From contig CAWBGA010000002.1 of NCBI GenBank assembly GCA_963788195.1, positions 32,001-96,000 on the forward strand: DNA of 64,000 nt, read 5' to 3'. Position numbers and translations under genes: made by a program. The stretch is from Nitrospirota bacterium. GTDB taxonomy: Bacteria; Nitrospirota; Nitrospiria; Nitrospirales; NS-4. The notes below the pieces were generated by a model. It ran no database searches. It had not been told where the DNA came from and saw only the letters and a program-made list of their open reading frames with translations. This document shows positions 60,746 to 64,000 of this stretch, piece by piece (the first letter of the stretch is position 1; the number at the start of each line of letters is the position of its first letter).

Positions 60746-61450
60746 ATGCTGAAAATACTTAGAGAGAGCGCAATAGAACGCCCCTGGTTGATCCGGATCA
60801 TCATAGGTCTCATCGCCGGCGTATTTGTTGTGACCATGGGCTGGTGGGGATTTGAGCAAAATGTGGAAGAAAATATCATTACTGTAGACAATGACAAGGT
60901 TCCCCGTGAGGAATATCAGCGTAAGTACCAAGACATGCACAGCCAGTATAAGGACTTCATTCCCAAGGAACTCTCAGAGGATCAGCTTAAGCAGATGGTG
61001 GTGGAGCAATTAATCGCGAGCCGTCTCTGGACACAAGCCGCCAAGAACATGGGGATCGTCGTCACCACTACGGAGCTTCGCAACGCCATCGCAGCTATTC
61101 CTGAATTTCAGAAGAATGGCGGCTTTGACCCTGCCCACTATAAGAAGATGCTTTCATCGGTACGCTGGACGCCTGCGATGTTTGAACGGGCCTTTCGAGC
61201 TGATCTGATGCGTGAAAAGGCCCGCACTATGGTGAGAGAATCCGTGGCAGCCACCGCCGATGAACTGGCCGGTGCGCAGGCTGCTCTCGCGAGTCAATTA
61301 ATTCCCAGCATGCCGATGGAGCAGATCGGCTCCCCGCAGGAACGCGCGCTCAGGGTTGTCCTGTTTCAAAAACAGCAACAGGCTGTCCGCGCCTATCAAG
61401 AGGCGCTCAAGAGCCGTGCCCAAGTTTCTGTCCGTCGCGAACTGCTGTAA
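60746..61450 (+). CDS. SurA/PpiD N-terminal-domain membrane-anchored chaperone
   Basis: N-terminal TM; IPEFQKNGGFD..Y; no PPIase domain seen. Confidence 0.8.
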   Translation: MLKILRESAIERPWLIRIIIGLIAGVFVVTMGWWGFEQNVEENIITVDNDKVPREEYQRKYQDMHSQYKDFIPKELSEDQLKQMVVEQLIASRLWTQAAKNMGIVVTTTELRNAIAAIPEFQKNGGFDPAHYKKMLSSVRWTPAMFERAFRADLMREKARTMVRESVAATADELAGAQAALASQLIPSMPMEQIGSPQERALRVVLFQKQQQAVRAYQEALKSRAQVSVRRELL

Positions 61451-61526
61451 CAATAAGCGCCACGAAGGCCGGCCCGCTCTTTCGAATCTATCTCAACTTT
61501 TGGCCGGGGAAAGCCGATAGGCCACT

Positions 61527-61825
61527 ATGGCAGTGAAAGGTGGACAGGATACCGCGCAATCGCGCAATTTGGTCCTCATGGCGAAGGACGTCATGGAGGG
61601 CTACCTCACAATGAATCCCTTGATTCTAAAGAAATACGACGCCAACACGTGCAAGGAACTGCATCGCCAACTGCGAAAGATGCAGAACACCGTTCGCACC
61701 GACAAGTGTGGATCTCGCCAATCAGGAACTCCTCCGAACGCGCAACCATCGGCTTCAGCGCATGCTTCAGGCGCTCAAGGTGCTGGAGCACTATGCCAAG
61801 ATCGAACGGGATCGTCTTGGGCTGA
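61527..61825 (+). CDS. Hypothetical protein of about 98 aa; apparent +1 frameshift near 61706 and probably a second near 61809
   Basis: MAVKGGQD..VRTDK joins VDLANQELLRTRNHRLQR; a second correction ends it at RIVLG* before the repeat. Confidence 0.55.
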
Positions 61826-61848
61826 TAGTACACCGGCCGTCCTGGACA

Positions 61849-62004
61849 AAAGGGGACAGGCTACTTTTTCAATCTGTTTATGCCTCAGCCCAAACACTCA
61901 CTCCGTTCGGAAAAAGTTGCCTGTCACCCCTTTGTATGCCTGCCTAGACAGATTCTCTTTTTCCTTTACACCCGCCCGCCCTGGACTTTGCCAAGACAAA
62001 GTCC
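61849..62004. repeat. GGGGACAGG palindrome plus one CCAAGA-loop repeat unit
   Basis: AAAGGGGACAGGCTACTTTTTC/GAAAAAGTTGCCTGTCACCCCTTT; GGACTTTG-CCAAGA-CAAAGTCC. Confidence 0.7.
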
Positions 62005-62011
62005 TTGGCCC

Positions 62012-62416
62012 CTAGGCATTTCCAATTGGTCCGGCTGGTTCACCCGGCGGGGGTTCGGCCTTGCGGGCATTTCTCATACCCAAATCCGTAAATTCCTTCT
62101 CGTCAGCAGTGGTGAGGGAGTGGCTACAGCACTCCACACGTTCTAGTCCTCGCCCGCCGTCCACGATCATCAGACGCAGCCCGCAGGAATCGCCATAGCT
62201 TTTCTTTTCGTCAATGACGATTCCAACGCCTTTCTGGCCCATCTTCCGGCCTCCCTTCTTGATTCGCTCGGGGACCACATCATCCTCGGTGAGTTCATGC
62301 CCGCAACATACCACTTTTTGGAACCCTGCACCGCCAGCCAGAACTTTCACCACCAATCCGCAGCTCTCCGGATATCGTTTGTACTCGTCGATAATGTCGC
62401 CCTTTTTAAGTCCCAT
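62012..62416 (-). CDS. Tandem desulforedoxin-like domain protein
   Basis: Two repeats: SCGLVVKVLAGG..VVCCGHEL and SCGLRLMIVDGG..VECCSHSL. Confidence 0.7.
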   Translation of the reverse strand: MGLKKGDIIDEYKRYPESCGLVVKVLAGGAGFQKVVCCGHELTEDDVVPERIKKGGRKMGQKGVGIVIDEKKSYGDSCGLRLMIVDGGRGLERVECCSHSLTTADEKEFTDLGMRNARKAEPPPGEPAGPIGNA

Positions 62417-62656
62417 GAGTCAGATCCTTTCTAAAATTCTTTCCTCTCCTTGCGAGGGAGAGGTGAGGGGGAAGAGTTCCGTTGGCAATGGAGTTTATCC
62501 GTCGGAAAGAGGCGTGACAAGGCCCATACTGCTATCAGACTCCTGACGGATTAACGACGGCTCATGGGATAGCCCTCACTCTGGCCCTCTCTGTTCGACC
62601 CATTGCAATTGGAGAGCAATGGGTGTCTCGGGGGCGAGGGGAGTTGAAGTGGGCGT

Positions 62657-64000
62657 CTACGGCAGCGGCAGGATCGCGTTCTGCGCCGCTTTCACGATGG
62701 GGTTGGGGAACAGCCCTAGAAGAATGACGCCCAGGGCGGCGATTCCGAGCACGAGGCTTGCCGCAGGAGATGTCACAATGCGTACGCCATGGCCTGGAGT
62801 GCCGCTGCCTTCGCCGGGTTCTTGCATGTACATGACCATAATGACGCGCAGGTAAAAGTATGCCGAGACGGCGGCGAAGATCACGGCGAGCACTGCGAGC
62901 CAGGTCCTTTGCGCGTTCACGGCCGCCATGAAAATATAAAACTTCGCGATAAACCCGGCAGTCGGCGGAATACCGGTCAGGGAGACCATGAACAGCAGCA
63001 TGAGGAGCGCCGCCCATTTATTGCGCTTTGCGAGGCCTGTGAAATCAGTGATCTCATCCCCTTCGAGTCCGCCTTTGCGGAGCATGGTGACCACCGTGAA
63101 GGCCCCCAGGGTCATAAAGGCGTAGAGCGCGAGGTACAGCATCACCCCGGCCGTGCCTGCGGCGTCGGCTACGACCAGGCCGATCAAGGCGTAGCCGGCA
63201 TGCGCGATGCTGGAATAGGCCAGCATTCGCTTGATGTTACTCTGCGCAATGGCCACGACATTGCCCAGGATCATCGTCGCGACACAAATGGTGACAAGCA
63301 GGATCTGCCAATCCGACTTGAGGCCGCCGAGGGCATCCATAAAGACCCGCACGAAGGCGCCGAAACTTGCGGCCTTCGACGCGACAGCCAAATAGGCAGT
63401 CACCGAGGTCGGCGCACCTTGATACACATCGGGGGTCCACATGTGGAATGGGACCGCCGCCACCTTAAAACCGAATCCGACCACCAGCAATGTCATCGCA
63501 AGAAGCAGGATGGGATCTCCGGCCGGCAGCAGGGCAATTCCAGCCTTGATGGCGGCAAGGGTGGTGCTGCCGGTGCGCCCGTAGAGTAGCGAGATGCCGT
63601 ACAGCAGGATGCCGGATGAAAGGGAGCCCAGGATAAAGTACTTCGCGGCGGCTTCCATTGACCGCCGTTCAGAACGCTTGAAGCCTGCCATGATATAAAA
63701 CGAGATCGACATCAACTCGAACCCCAGGTAGATCACCAGAAGGTCGGTGCCGGAGACCATGACCATCATGCCGGACAGCGACAGCAGGATGAAGGCGTAA
63801 AACTCCGGCATGTCAATCTGCTCTTGCGTGAGATTGGCCTTCGCCAGCAGGACGATCAAGGCCGAGACGAAGATCAGCAGCAACTTCCAGAATGTTCCGT
63901 AAGCGTCAACGATGTACAGGCCGCCGAACACGTGTTGCGGCGGCTGCCCCATGATGCCAAAGGTGAGCCCGAAGGCCGCGACGAGGCTCGCGAGGCTCAG
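62657..64000 (-). CDS. nuoN: NADH-quinone oxidoreductase subunit N (5' end beyond the window)
   Basis: EAAAKYF, FKVAAVPFHMWTPDVYQGAP, KRMLAYSSIAHAGY, GIPPTAGF. Confidence 0.95.
   Translation of the reverse strand: MSLASLVAAFGLTFGIMGQPPQHVFGGLYIVDAYGTFWKLLLIFVSALIVLLAKANLTQEQIDMPEFYAFILLSLSGMMVMVSGTDLLVIYLGFELMSISFYIMAGFKRSERRSMEAAAKYFILGSLSSGILLYGISLLYGRTGSTTLAAIKAGIALLPAGDPILLLAMTLLVVGFGFKVAAVPFHMWTPDVYQGAPTSVTAYLAVASKAASFGAFVRVFMDALGGLKSDWQILLVTICVATMILGNVVAIAQSNIKRMLAYSSIAHAGYALIGLVVADAAGTAGVMLYLALYAFMTLGAFTVVTMLRKGGLEGDEITDFTGLAKRNKWAALLMLLFMVSLTGIPPTAGFIAKFYIFMAAVNAQRTWLAVLAVIFAAVSAYFYLRVIMVMYMQEPGEGSGTPGHGVRIVTSPAASLVLGIAALGVILLGLFPNPIVKAAQNAILPLP

Overview
A 64-kb GC-rich chromosomal window, most likely from a Nitrospira-like (Nitrospirota) nitrite oxidiser. 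The left part holds a periplasmic-type nitrite oxidoreductase locus (nxrA-nxrB; no nxrC in the window). Upstream are a CHASE3/HAMP/GAF histidine kinase, a sigma54-dependent response regulator and a canonical -24/-12 promoter with a palindromic enhancer. Around the locus are three paralogous Cys-rich proteins ending in GRCCK, an orphan Tat-exported LivK-like binding protein behind a structured leader, and an unannotated 56-aa protein homologous to the C-terminus of a nearby PAS protein. The middle is accessory-like: two secreted serine proteases, methyltransferases, gcvT, gcvP, a second sigma54 two-component system, a lone sdhA/frdA, hicAB, and a heme-oxygenase-like diiron enzyme coupled to a methyltransferase with a PqqD-like N-terminus. 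The right part is housekeeping: argB, hslUV, xerC, trmFO, topA, dprA, rng, rodA, mrdA, mreDCB and partial nuoN. At least 12 reading-frame breaks are all +1 insertions, including in housekeeping genes, so they are read as sequencing or consensus errors. Several intergenic repeat families occur, one with covarying stems around a fixed CCAAGA loop. No rRNA, tRNA, CRISPR array, transposase or reverse transcriptase was recognised. All family assignments come from reading motifs by eye; no searches were run.
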